64,000 bases of DNA from a virus: the IMG/VR virus record IMGVR_UViG_3300030331_006276; one strand, 5' to 3'. Within the stretch, counting starts at the first letter, position 1, and each line of letters opens with the position of its first letter. Of this stretch, positions 37,570-47,026 are shown in pieces. The position numbers and the translations under genes were made by a program. Below the pieces are notes generated by a model. It saw only the letters and a program-made list of their open reading frames with translations, did not search any database and was not told the origin of the DNA.

Positions 37570-39375
37570 TTAAAGTTCTATATAATCTACCCGCTTAGTA
37601 ATTCCATTCTTTTTCTCAAGATATACAACATCGCCGGTTACTGCTTTAATAGATTCTTTACGATGAGATATAACTATTGAACACTCATTTAACTCTTCAA
37701 CTCTATCTTGCAATATTTGTGTAATTAGTTCAATTCCTTTTTCATCAAATGATGAATCAAACAACTCATCATATATCGCAATATTATATTGAACACCACC
37801 TTGCAATCTTCTTATATCTGAAAAAGTAAATAAGCATGCTAAATCAATAGACTTACGCTCTGCTCCAGAAAAATTAAAATATGAACATACTTTATTTTTT
37901 TCATTTAGTATTTCTTCTTCAAAATATTCATTGAAGATACAAATAGAATTCGAATCTAGTCTTTTAAGATAATGCAATAATTTGCTATTTAAAAGTTCCA
38001 AAAGCTTATTTACAATATAAGATTTAACCCCTTCTTCAGATACAATATACTTAACTATATCAAGCTTAGCTAATTCTTTTCTATATTCTTTAACTCTACC
38101 TTGAAGGTTATCAACACGCTTTTTAGTTTCAACAATAAGCGTATCAAAGTCTGTTTCTGTTGACTCTATAGCTTCAAGATCACCTTCAAGTTCAACTTGC
38201 CACTTATCTAATTGCTCTAGTCTTTGCTCAATATTAACTTTATTTTGTTCTTGTAGTTTTCCTTCTGATATTCTATTACGACATTCACCAACTGCTTTTA
38301 AAAATCTATTTTTTCTAACTCTTAATTCTTTAAGTCCGTCGGAGTAATATTTAATATCCTCAACTGCTTCATGAATTGCTGCTTTAAGTTTTTCTTTTTC
38401 TTGAGCTATTAATTCAGCATCGTGTCCTTCCATAGGTCGAAGACATACAGGGCATTTTTCTTCTTCTGTACCCATTTTCTTATATCTTTCTTTCCTCCCA
38501 GCAGCTAAAGCTTTATTACGAGCAACCGCTTCTAGATTACTTTCAATTTTTATATCTTGATCTAAAACTGCTTCTTCTAATGCAGATATTTGACTTTCAA
38601 CCTTATTAGTATCTATATCTTCTATTTCATCTAACTGCTCTTCTAACTTTTCTTTTTCAAGATTATTATCTTTTTTGCGACCTAAATATTTTTCTTTTTT
38701 ATCTTTTCTAGTCTGTAAGATTTTTTCTTTTTGATCGTTGTAATTTTTATAAGCTTTATCTATTTCTTCTAATTTAGTTAATTGAGTATCATGCTCTCTA
38801 GATATCTCATTATACTCATTTCTTAAAGTAGCAAGCATTGTACTAAATACCTCCATTCCAAAAATATCCTCAATAAACTTTCGTTTTTCGATTTTATTTT
38901 TAGCCATAAAAGGAACTGCATTATTTACAGTCATAATAACGCAGTTTTGAAATATAGAAGGTGAAGCACTTAATACACTATTGATATAAGCTGTTGTATT
39001 TTTAATGCTATCACGCGTTCTATCAACGCCGTCTTTAAAAATTAAAACCTTTGAAGGAGATAATGTACGTATAATTTTATAGCTATTAGTACCTTTAGAT
39101 GAATCAAGTTCAAAGTCTAATTCAATATGAGTCTTACCGTTTGTTAAGTTGTTAGGTATAAGGTCTTTTTTTAACTCGCGCAATGTTTCACCAAAAATAG
39201 CAAAATATAATGCATCAGCTATAGTACTTTTTCCAATAGCATTTCTACGATCTGGTTTATCTCTATTTTTACCAGTAATAACATGAAGCCCTTTACTAAA
39301 CTCAACAGTAACGGGCTCTTCACCTACAGATAAAAAATTGACTATACTAAGCTTTTTAAAGTTTACTTTTTTCAT
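37570..39375 (-). CDS. gp46: Recombination ATPase (T4 gp46 / SbcC-Rad50-like)
   Basis: NAIGKST, CPVC hook within coiled coil, FSGAE signature, YDELFD, ISH. Confidence 0.93.
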   Translation of the reverse strand: MKKVNFKKLSIVNFLSVGEEPVTVEFSKGLHVITGKNRDKPDRRNAIGKSTIADALYFAIFGETLRELKKDLIPNNLTNGKTHIELDFELDSSKGTNSYKIIRTLSPSKVLIFKDGVDRTRDSIKNTTAYINSVLSASPSIFQNCVIMTVNNAVPFMAKNKIEKRKFIEDIFGMEVFSTMLATLRNEYNEISREHDTQLTKLEEIDKAYKNYNDQKEKILQTRKDKKEKYLGRKKDNNLEKEKLEEQLDEIEDIDTNKVESQISALEEAVLDQDIKIESNLEAVARNKALAAGRKERYKKMGTEEEKCPVCLRPMEGHDAELIAQEKEKLKAAIHEAVEDIKYYSDGLKELRVRKNRFLKAVGECRNRISEGKLQEQNKVNIEQRLEQLDKWQVELEGDLEAIESTETDFDTLIVETKKRVDNLQGRVKEYRKELAKLDIVKYIVSEEGVKSYIVNKLLELLNSKLLHYLKRLDSNSICIFNEYFEEEILNEKNKVCSYFNFSGAERKSIDLACLFTFSDIRRLQGGVQYNIAIYDELFDSSFDEKGIELITQILQDRVEELNECSIVISHRKESIKAVTGDVVYLEKKNGITKRVDYIEL

Positions 39376-40405
39376 ATAAGCTGAGAGTATATTTTATTAT
39401 CTCTTTTTTATTTTTGATTTCAAGTAAATTTACAAACTCTTCAATAGCTTGAGGTATATCAATACCAGAAAGATCTTCTTTATCTTCAGTATCATCAAGC
39501 AGTCTATTAAAATTTATATCATAATCTACTGTTAATACTTCAGGTTTAAGTAATGTTAACTTTTTAATTAATATATCCATATCAGCTTGAGATATGTTCA
39601 TATCAACTTTTAATTTTGTAATATTACCTGAAAAGTTGTTTATTACTTCATGAGTAAATTTTTCTTCTCTTACTAACTCACTAAGAGCTATTTTTTTATA
39701 TGACGGTGATATTGTATTAGGCGTAAACTCATATTCTAAAGTATCTAGATCTAAAATATAATACCCTTTATCGTTACCAGCATCACCAAAATCCATTTGA
39801 AAAGGATTACCAACGTACAATATTGTGCCTTTACCGAACTTCTTTTCATGTCTAGTATGAAAATGACCAGAAATAACTAAAGAACTTTTTTTCAATAAAT
39901 CTTTAACTTTTAGTCCTTCTTCACAAACCTTATAAGTATTCATTTTGAAAGTTTCTATTTCAAAATGGCCAAAAATAATATCACTTTCAGGTATATCTTT
40001 TACTTTAGTGTTCCAAGGACAAAAGGTAATAGTACGATCAAAAGCTTCAACAGTATCAAAAGTATCTAAAATTGTAACATTTTGTCTTTTCTTAAAAATA
40101 GATAATGAATTAACATCTGTTCTATGCTTATAGTAAATATCATGATTTCCAGTAATCGCTATAATATTAAAATCGCATAATATATCTAATATATCTGCAG
40201 ATACTTGTAACGTATTAACTGATATCTCACTTCTGTTATGATGCCAATCACCACAAAAGATTATATCTTTGATATTTTTCTTTTTACACTCGTCCTTAAA
40301 CCAATGAGCCCATTCTACAGCATAATTATGCCAGTCTGAACTATTTGTATGAACACCGAGATGCAAATCAGAAAAAATAGCAACTCTTGGTTTATTAATC
40401 TTCAA
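39356..40405 (-). CDS. gp47: Recombination nuclease (T4 gp47 / SbcD-Mre11-like)
   Basis: SDLHLG, GDWHH, GNHD, GHFE, SGHFH, GNPFQ. Confidence 0.93.
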   Translation of the reverse strand: MKINKPRVAIFSDLHLGVHTNSSDWHNYAVEWAHWFKDECKKKNIKDIIFCGDWHHNRSEISVNTLQVSADILDILCDFNIIAITGNHDIYYKHRTDVNSLSIFKKRQNVTILDTFDTVEAFDRTITFCPWNTKVKDIPESDIIFGHFEIETFKMNTYKVCEEGLKVKDLLKKSSLVISGHFHTRHEKKFGKGTILYVGNPFQMDFGDAGNDKGYYILDLDTLEYEFTPNTISPSYKKIALSELVREEKFTHEVINNFSGNITKLKVDMNISQADMDILIKKLTLLKPEVLTVDYDINFNRLLDDTEDKEDLSGIDIPQAIEEFVNLLEIKNKKEIIKYTLSLYEKSKL

Positions 40406-40832
40406 AGGAATTTTCTTCGTCAGGGGGTTTCACATAAACATGTCCATGTGTATTTTCTGGATTTGACATATAATCTTCATATACACGCTCTCTATATTTT
40501 GTAACAGCTTCGTGATGTTTTTTCTCTTTTTTAATTCTATTTATAAACGCATGATATGCAATAGTTGTAAAATATGAAAACGGATTAGTAGCTTTTTCAA
40601 AGTTAAATTTTTTATGCTTTAACGCTGAGTACATTTTTATTAATGCATCACCAATCATATCGTCTTTGTACGTATAATTAATAAATGATGCATTATAACT
40701 TAATCCGTAGGCTATTTTTTTAATATTTTCAGCTAAATCATCTGTAAGAATATCAGTATCATAGTATTTTTGTAATGATTCCTTAAAGACTTTAGGTTCT
40801 ATATAATACGGTTTTTTCTCTTTCGCGGCCAT
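40395..40832 (-). CDS. gp55: Late-transcription sigma factor (T4 gp55-like)
   Basis: KIAYGLS...FINYTYKDDMIGDA...NPFSYFTTIAYHAFINRIKKEKK. Confidence 0.92.
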   Translation of the reverse strand: MAAKEKKPYYIEPKVFKESLQKYYDTDILTDDLAENIKKIAYGLSYNASFINYTYKDDMIGDALIKMYSALKHKKFNFEKATNPFSYFTTIAYHAFINRIKKEKKHHEAVTKYRERVYEDYMSNPENTHGHVYVKPPDEENSFED

Positions 40833-40841
40833 TTCCTTTTA

Positions 40842-40869
40842 ATTATATTAACATATTACTATTTTTCAA
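40842..40869 (-). promoter_or_regulatory. Early promoter of gp55
   Basis: TTGAAA-N16-TATAAT, 9 nt before ATG; the leader contains AAGGA. Confidence 0.65.
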
Positions 40870-42280
40870 CAATATTAGTTTCACTATACTTTATCTTTTC
40901 GGTATTATAGATTTCTTTGCGCTTTTCACAATGTCTTATACCATATCTTAATCTATCGCAAAGATCAAATATTATTAACTTAGATTTAAGATTATGTTTT
41001 CTTAATCCACGACCAATTGACTGAACAGTACGTATAAATGACTTACCTCCTGAAGCAAAAATAATATTATGTAAATTTTTAATGTTAATACCTGTAGAAA
41101 AAATAGCACTTATTGCAATACATACAACATTTGTATCTTTTTCCATTATTTTTTTAATTTTATCTCGTTCTTCTACATCTACCTCACCTCTAATAAAATA
41201 AACTTGCTTGTCTGCTATATTATCTAGATATTCTTTTAGTAATTCTCCATGTTTAATATGATTAACTAATATTAGCGTATTATTATTCAATTTATTACAA
41301 AGTTTTGCTAAAAAATCATTTCGAAAATTACTTTCATAGATAAAATCTAACTCTTCTCTATAATAATTGTCACTATTATATGTCGGTGATATACGATAAT
41401 CTAAGTTTAATATTTTAACATTTACATTAGCGAGATAATCTTCTATTCTTAGCTCATAGCTCGTCTTTTCATATATGACAGGGCCTAATTTACCTATAAT
41501 TGACCATTTATCTAAATTATTTTCAGGCAGGGTACCTGTAAATCCATATTTGTTAGGAGTTCTTATTCTAGATACAATTTTACTAATCTTATTAGATGAT
41601 TTTATCTTATGACACTCATCAACTATAAGTAAATCAATATGTTTTAACCAGTCATTTTGTTCAAATCGACTTTGAACAATACCAATATTACAAATAATAA
41701 CATTTGCAGTTAAGTCCGGTTTAATCTTACCAGTCCATTTAGTTATTTTAAAAGTAGTACCACAGTTTAAAAACTCATCGTACGTTTGAGTTACAAGTCC
41801 TAAGTCAGGAACCAATACTACACACTTAAATGTATCTTTATCCTTACTATCTCTAAAGTAATTTTCAATTAAAGCTGCTGTTGTAAAGGTTTTTCCCGCA
41901 CCAGTACCTAAAACACAAGTACCAGTACCAAGTTTGAGAGCTTTTTTAACAACTTCTTCCTGATATTCTCTTAAATTAAACGCAAAGTCTTTATAAAGCT
42001 CTATATCTTTACCAACTTTTAATACTTTTTGTAGTTTATCTGTAGTTTCTGTATCTTTCTTAGTTAAAAACTTTTTAATTTCCCAATATAGACCAACTTC
42101 ACACGCACCAGCTGGAGTTATAGCATATTTTCTTTGAGGTATATACCGACCATAACGCCTACCAAAGCGCGCCGCATCATTAATAATACTAAAATGCTTT
42201 CTTATATCATTAAAAAGATCTAAATCTTCTGTTTTTAACAGAAGCTTACGAGTTGATGGATTGTAATCAAAAGTTACCAT
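40859..42280 (-). CDS. uvsW: SF2 DNA helicase (UvsW)
   Basis: LREYQ, TGAGKT, VDECH, GFTGT, STGINI, QSIGRGLR. Confidence 0.93.
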   Translation of the reverse strand: MVTFDYNPSTRKLLLKTEDLDLFNDIRKHFSIINDAARFGRRYGRYIPQRKYAITPAGACEVGLYWEIKKFLTKKDTETTDKLQKVLKVGKDIELYKDFAFNLREYQEEVVKKALKLGTGTCVLGTGAGKTFTTAALIENYFRDSKDKDTFKCVVLVPDLGLVTQTYDEFLNCGTTFKITKWTGKIKPDLTANVIICNIGIVQSRFEQNDWLKHIDLLIVDECHKIKSSNKISKIVSRIRTPNKYGFTGTLPENNLDKWSIIGKLGPVIYEKTSYELRIEDYLANVNVKILNLDYRISPTYNSDNYYREELDFIYESNFRNDFLAKLCNKLNNNTLILVNHIKHGELLKEYLDNIADKQVYFIRGEVDVEERDKIKKIMEKDTNVVCIAISAIFSTGINIKNLHNIIFASGGKSFIRTVQSIGRGLRKHNLKSKLIIFDLCDRLRYGIRHCEKRKEIYNTEKIKYSETNIVEK

Positions 42281-42675
42281 TAGTATTGCTCCATTTTATT
42301 CATATCAATAACATTTTTAATCTCCCAATGCATATTACTGAGTATTTTTTCTACTTTCTCAAGGTATTCTATAATAGTATCTTGCTCTTTTATGTTATTA
42401 TTAAGTTTAACAACAGATTCGTACTTTTCAGCAGCAGATTCTGCAGAAGTTTGATTAATACGTACAGGAGAATCAGCAATTACCTTCTTAACTAAGTCTT
42501 TTTTAAGCTTACTCTTTTGAGCAATCAGTTTATTGCGTAGAATTTTTGCTTCTATAAGTCTACCAACCCAAAAATGCTTACGAGCTGGAAGTCTTTGTTG
42601 CTGTTGTTTAAGATTAAGATCATTTAGTACAAGATCTTCACCAATTTCTTGCATATACTTTTTTAGCAATTCCAC
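42280..42675 (-). CDS. uvsY: Recombination mediator (UvsY-like)
   Basis: 131 aa helical protein, LP.RKHFW..L, adjacent to uvsW as in T4. Confidence 0.7.
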   Translation of the reverse strand: MELLKKYMQEIGEDLVLNDLNLKQQQQRLPARKHFWVGRLIEAKILRNKLIAQKSKLKKDLVKKVIADSPVRINQTSAESAAEKYESVVKLNNNIKEQDTIIEYLEKVEKILSNMHWEIKNVIDMNKMEQY

Positions 42676-42681
42676 ACAATT

Positions 42682-42709
42682 ATTATAAATATAAGTATAA
42701 TGGAATCAA
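42682..42709. promoter_or_regulatory. Overlapping divergent early (uvsY) and late (42700) promoters
   Basis: Minus strand TTGATT-N16-TATAAT 6 nt before GTG 42675; plus strand TATAAATA 42684-42691. Confidence 0.7.
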
Positions 42710-43089
42710 GTGGCAAATTTGAACGTATCTTTTTAAAAATGTTAAAAGAAGAGATGACTGCTGGTGCTGGAGGGGCGCTTGGTGGTGGTTCTTCGTATAA
42801 CCCGCCGGGTGATATAAGTTCTGGTGATACATACGCTCCAGGCGACGCTAGATTACCTAAGGCTCTTGGAGCTGTCCAAACGCGTAAAGGTACAGTAAAT
42901 AAAAAGAAGAAAAAGAAAGCAAAAGAAGAAAACGAAGAAAATTTTCCAGAAGAAGATGCAGAAAAGAAGAAGAAAGCTGATAGGTGTAAGCGTAGAGCTG
43001 ATTCTGTTTATGGTAAGAAAACTTCTGCTTACAAATCCGGGGCTATTGTAAGGTGTAGACAAGGAAAAATTTGGAAAAAGAAAAAATGA
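42700..43089 (+). CDS. Late modular basic protein
   Basis: KFERIFLKMLKEE N-terminus; EEDAE then ADRCKRRADSVYGKKTSAYKSGAIVRCR module. Confidence 0.65.
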   Translation: MESSGKFERIFLKMLKEEMTAGAGGALGGGSSYNPPGDISSGDTYAPGDARLPKALGAVQTRKGTVNKKKKKKAKEENEENFPEEDAEKKKKADRCKRRADSVYGKKTSAYKSGAIVRCRQGKIWKKKK

Positions 43090-43690
43090 CCCAGAAAGAG
43101 ATATTAGAAGCTAGCGACTCACTACGTCAATGGTTTAAACGTGGTGGTACTGATCCTAAAACTGGTAAAAAGTTTAAAGGGTGGGTAAATTGTAAGACTG
43201 GTGGTCCTTGTGGTCGTAAATCAAAAAAGTCTGGTGGTAGTTACCCGGCTTGTCGACCAACTAAAGCGGCTTGTAAAAGTATTAAGGGTAAAATGTATAA
43301 AAAGAAGGGTCCAAAGCGTGTTAATTGGAAGAAGAAAAAAACTAAAAGCGAGAATGCTGAAGAACCTAAAAAGGGTACCGGTAAAAAACCTAAAGGTTCA
43401 AGCAGAAGGTTGTATACTGATGAAAATCCAAAAGATACAGTAAGCGTAAAATATAGTACTGTGGGTGATATACGCGAAACGTTAAATAAAGCTTCATTTA
43501 AAAGTAAATCGCATGCCCGACAGTCGCAAATTATTAATTTAATTCATCAAAGAGTAAGAGCTGCTCGTGGTAGAGTAAAAGATCCTAAAAAGAAAAAAAG
43601 TTTAGCTGCCGCTTACAAATATATTACTAATAAAAAAGAAGCTAGTAAGCGTAAGACTAAACGAATGCGTGAAGAAGATGCAGAAAAGAA
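42949..43690 (+). repeat. 20-nt exact direct repeat at module junctions
   Basis: gaagaagatgcagaaaagaa at 42949-42968 and 43671-43690; partial copies at 44046 and 29627. Confidence 0.85.
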
Positions 43691-43841
43691 AAATGTTCAT
43701 AAACCTGTTAAGCCAGGTATACTTAAAAAGCGATTAGGTAATCTGTCTTGTAGTAAAGTAAGAGGTGCTAAAAGTAAGCTTAAGAATAAAGGTACTCATT
43801 ATGCTAAAGCATTACAACGCTATTTAAATTATCATTGTTAA
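43086..43841 (+). CDS. Late modular basic protein (three modules)
   Basis: ATGA-coupled start MTQKEILEA; SLRQWF..C..C..YPACRP module, RRLYTDENPKDT module, KPVKPGILKKRL module. Confidence 0.65.
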   Translation: MTQKEILEASDSLRQWFKRGGTDPKTGKKFKGWVNCKTGGPCGRKSKKSGGSYPACRPTKAACKSIKGKMYKKKGPKRVNWKKKKTKSENAEEPKKGTGKKPKGSSRRLYTDENPKDTVSVKYSTVGDIRETLNKASFKSKSHARQSQIINLIHQRVRAARGRVKDPKKKKSLAAAYKYITNKKEASKRKTKRMREEDAEKKNVHKPVKPGILKKRLGNLSCSKVRGAKSKLKNKGTHYAKALQRYLNYHC

Positions 43842-43853
43842 ATAAATATTAAT

Positions 43854-44324
43854 ATGAAGTCATTTAAATATTATTTTTTTGAAGCTAAAGAAGCTCCTAA
43901 AGGAAAACATTATGATTCAGCTGGTAGATTAAGATCTGGTGACGCTGATGCTGATGGTAGAGGAGGACCTAAGTATAGGTCTGATCCTACGTATAAAAAT
44001 CCTAATGAAAATAATGAAGATGATCTTGAAGATGAAGAAGCACCTGAAGAGGATGCAGAATATAGAGGAAGGAAAGTAAAACTTAACAAACCCATGAGAG
44101 GGGACGTTAAGAAGTTTAAAGTGTACGTTAAGGATCCTAAAACTGGTAATGTAAAGAAAGTAAATTTTGGTCATGGGGGTACTTCTGCTAAAAGAAAAGG
44201 TGAGAAGACTATGAAAATTCGTAAAAATAATCCAAAAGCTCGTAAATCGTTTAGAGCTAGACATAATTGTGATAACCCCGGGCCAAAGACTAAAGCCAGG
44301 TATTGGTCTTGTAGAAAGTGGTAG
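43854..44324 (+). CDS. Late basic protein, conserved marine T4-like family
   Basis: MKSFKYYFFEA start; YRGRKVKLNKP..KKFKVYVK..VNFG..ARKSFRARHNC..ARYWSCRKW. Confidence 0.7.
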   Translation: MKSFKYYFFEAKEAPKGKHYDSAGRLRSGDADADGRGGPKYRSDPTYKNPNENNEDDLEDEEAPEEDAEYRGRKVKLNKPMRGDVKKFKVYVKDPKTGNVKKVNFGHGGTSAKRKGEKTMKIRKNNPKARKSFRARHNCDNPGPKTKARYWSCRKW

Positions 44325-44716
44325 ATTTAGGTCATTGGGAGGGGATTCTAGAAGAAAGTACGGATCTACCTTACGGTTTCATTTATAAGATAACAAATCT
44401 TACTAATGATAAAAAGTATATTGGTAAAAAGCAGTGCCAGTCAATAAGAAAACGTCCACCCTTAAAGGGTAAAAAGAATAAACGTCATGAAAAAATAGAA
44501 ACTGACTGGAAGACCTATACTTCTTCATCAAATGAACTTAACCAACATATAGAAACACTTGGAAAGAATAATTTTAAGTTTGAAATCCTTAGGTGGTGTG
44601 ATTCAAAGTGGGAGTTGAGTTATCATGAAACTAGATTACAATTTGAAAAAGAAGTATTACTAAGAGATGACTACTACAACGGAATTATTAACGTCAGAAT
44701 TGGAAGGCGTAAATGA
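44318..44716 (+). CDS. GIY-YIG nuclease-domain protein
   Basis: GFIYKITN..KKYIGKK..W..Y..SS..F..EIL..E..YYN. Confidence 0.8.
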   Translation: MVDLGHWEGILEESTDLPYGFIYKITNLTNDKKYIGKKQCQSIRKRPPLKGKKNKRHEKIETDWKTYTSSSNELNQHIETLGKNNFKFEILRWCDSKWELSYHETRLQFEKEVLLRDDYYNGIINVRIGRRK

Positions 44717-45161
44717 TACGGTACGTGGTTTTGAGTTTATTAATCTTAATAAATGCTTAGCTAGATCTTTTAATGAATATCTATTGTATATAACTGAAAA
44801 CGAGCTTAAATTAACAAGAAAAGATAAAAACAAGCTTGGTATTCATTTTATTATTAAAGAAATAATTAAAGTTTGTAAGAATACTAATAGTAAAAAATGG
44901 TTTTATTATAAAACAAACGGTAAATCAATAGAACATACACTTGTTAAACGTATTTTTAACGCTATACCCACAAATATTACGTATAGTAAAGATAGCTTTG
45001 AAATATTTTTAGAAGAAAGAGACTACATGTCTTTCCAAAAAAAAGATACTTCAACTATTTCATTTTATAAATTTAGATTATTTCTTCGAAGGTATGAGTT
45101 GCAGCAAATAGAAAAGGAGTTTCTAACTAATATAAATATAAAACTCTCGTTGCTTCCATAA
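44667..45161 (+). CDS. Hypothetical protein
   Basis: 164 aa; start uncertain (50-nt overlap with the upstream gene). Confidence 0.5.
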   Translation: MTTTTELLTSELEGVNDTVRGFEFINLNKCLARSFNEYLLYITENELKLTRKDKNKLGIHFIIKEIIKVCKNTNSKKWFYYKTNGKSIEHTLVKRIFNAIPTNITYSKDSFEIFLEERDYMSFQKKDTSTISFYKFRLFLRRYELQQIEKEFLTNINIKLSLLP

Positions 45162-45169
45162 ATATATAC

Positions 45170-45583
45170 ATGAATAAGTTTCTTAAACTTGTAGAAGAGA
45201 ATCGACCAGGTCAAGACAAGTATACTATTGAGTTAAGAGATTCAAACGGCAAAGTTGTTGATTCTTTTGATATGTTTGGTGTAAGCAGTCCTTTCGATAT
45301 CTTTGATAGCTTTAAACGCGAGTATGCTCCAGATGGTTCAGTAGAAGATCAAGAAGTTGCTATGGGTAGTAATAAACCATATGATGTTGAAAAAGAGGTT
45401 AATAAGTTAGCAAATCAAGCTAAAGGTGGTGTAATGGGTAAGATTGCAGGGGCTATGGGAACAGCACCACAAGAAGCTAAAAAAGCAGTAAAAATGAGAG
45501 CAGACCTTGCAAAAAAAGCTGTAGATCTATATAACCAACAAACAGGTAAGTTATCTAATGCTATAGATGCCGCGAAAGGATAA
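45170..45583 (+). CDS. Late hypothetical protein
   Basis: MNKFLKLVEE start; TAAATA at 45159-45164. Confidence 0.6.
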   Translation: MNKFLKLVEENRPGQDKYTIELRDSNGKVVDSFDMFGVSSPFDIFDSFKREYAPDGSVEDQEVAMGSNKPYDVEKEVNKLANQAKGGVMGKIAGAMGTAPQEAKKAVKMRADLAKKAVDLYNQQTGKLSNAIDAAKG

Positions 45584-45588
45584 AAATC

Positions 45589-45927
45589 ATGAAAAAAACA
45601 ATACAATTATTTGAAAAATATAAAAAGCTCTATTCTGAACAAGAAGAAATAGATGTTAATGTTGATGTTGAAGCAGATGCTACTGATGTAGAAGATATTC
45701 CTCCGGAGCCAACTGGTATTTCACCAGAAGGGGAAGTATTTATTGCAGATTTACTAACTAATGCCTTTATATATGCTCCAAAAATGCAGGATATTAATAT
45801 TGCTGCACAGGTAAACAAACAATTTGGTAGAACGCAGCCTAGAAAAGTTATTGAAACAATTGAAAGATTAATCGAATTTTCAAACGAAGAGGTTGAACAA
45901 GAACTTGAAGACTTAGACGCACAATAA
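45589..45927 (+). CDS. Acidic hypothetical protein
   Basis: 112 aa; MKKTIQLFEKYKKLYSE start. Confidence 0.6.
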   Translation: MKKTIQLFEKYKKLYSEQEEIDVNVDVEADATDVEDIPPEPTGISPEGEVFIADLLTNAFIYAPKMQDINIAAQVNKQFGRTQPRKVIETIERLIEFSNEEVEQELEDLDAQ

Positions 45928-45928
45928 C

Positions 45929-47023
45929 ATGCAGTGGTCATTAGAAGATATCTATAAAAAGCAGGTACGTGGTAATATTCCACCACGCAGACACCTTCGT
46001 GTGCTAGGTGAAGAGGTAGATCTTTATACTAAGCAAAATGATGAATATTCATATGTTGGTCAAGTTTCAGATGAAAATTTTGATAAGATAAGTCGTATCG
46101 CAACAGGAGGAGATGCGTTAGCGTCAATTACCAAGTATTTAGAAGGTAAAAAATATACAAGAAACTCTTTTAAGAACGAATACGACTATGATAGTTTAGT
46201 TGATATGTTAGATAGAGGTGAATTTGAGAAATATATTAGCAGTGAAGAAAAACCGTCACTATCGATTAATGAAACGGGAAATGTTGTACAGTTAGTTACA
46301 AGTAAAGGGTTTAACGAAAAAACAGCAATGAGAACTTCTGCTTTTACTCCTATTGATGAAGGTGGTAGCAATGTTGGACCTTGCGAAATACTTCTCGCTT
46401 TAGCATTCAGCAACGTAACTAATTCAACCGAAGGGGGTGATTTAATGATAGATGGTGAAAAACTTGAAGTTAAAGGCCAAGGCGGTAGATTTGGTCAACA
46501 AGGCGGAAGAGGAGGACCAGCCTTATCTCCATCAACCCTTCTAAAAGGGTTAGAAGCAGATAATGTTAAGGTAGTTGAAAGTGTTGAATCAAATATTATT
46601 GGTGCGTATCGTGCTTTCGAGCAAATTGGAAAAATAGATCTATTTTTATCAAACTTACATGATTTACTTAAAATAGCATATCCGGGAGGTGATGTTGCAA
46701 AGTTTTTTACCAATGATATTAATTATATAGATCCAACATCAAGAAAAAGAGGGGCGCCACAAAGTCAAATTAGAAAACAATTAGCAAAGCTTAATCTACA
46801 GCAATATTCTACAAAGTATGATCTACAAAACATAATATTTGCAAAAGGACCACAACAAAAAAAGCCTACACCGGGTCGTTTAGGTGATTTTGCTTCATTT
46901 ACGGTTAATGACGCTATTAAGGAGGGTGGTTTAATTGATAGAGGTATTTTACGTGCAAATTCTTTTACAATGGCCGGTCTCTATCCAAACTTTTTCTATA
47001 TGTTTTCCAATGAATCTAAATAA
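45929..47023 (+). CDS. PD-(D/E)XK nuclease-like protein, putative
   Basis: GPCEILL..GGDLMIDGEKLEVKG fits an E...D...ExK catalytic pattern. Confidence 0.55.
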   Translation: MQWSLEDIYKKQVRGNIPPRRHLRVLGEEVDLYTKQNDEYSYVGQVSDENFDKISRIATGGDALASITKYLEGKKYTRNSFKNEYDYDSLVDMLDRGEFEKYISSEEKPSLSINETGNVVQLVTSKGFNEKTAMRTSAFTPIDEGGSNVGPCEILLALAFSNVTNSTEGGDLMIDGEKLEVKGQGGRFGQQGGRGGPALSPSTLLKGLEADNVKVVESVESNIIGAYRAFEQIGKIDLFLSNLHDLLKIAYPGGDVAKFFTNDINYIDPTSRKRGAPQSQIRKQLAKLNLQQYSTKYDLQNIIFAKGPQQKKPTPGRLGDFASFTVNDAIKEGGLIDRGILRANSFTMAGLYPNFFYMFSNESK

Positions 47024-47026
47024 ACT

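Noticed and set aside
44318-44716. GIY-YIG gene as an active mobile homing element
   Set aside because: A single short catalytic domain with no DNA-binding extension, not inside an intron; looks like a resident conserved gene.
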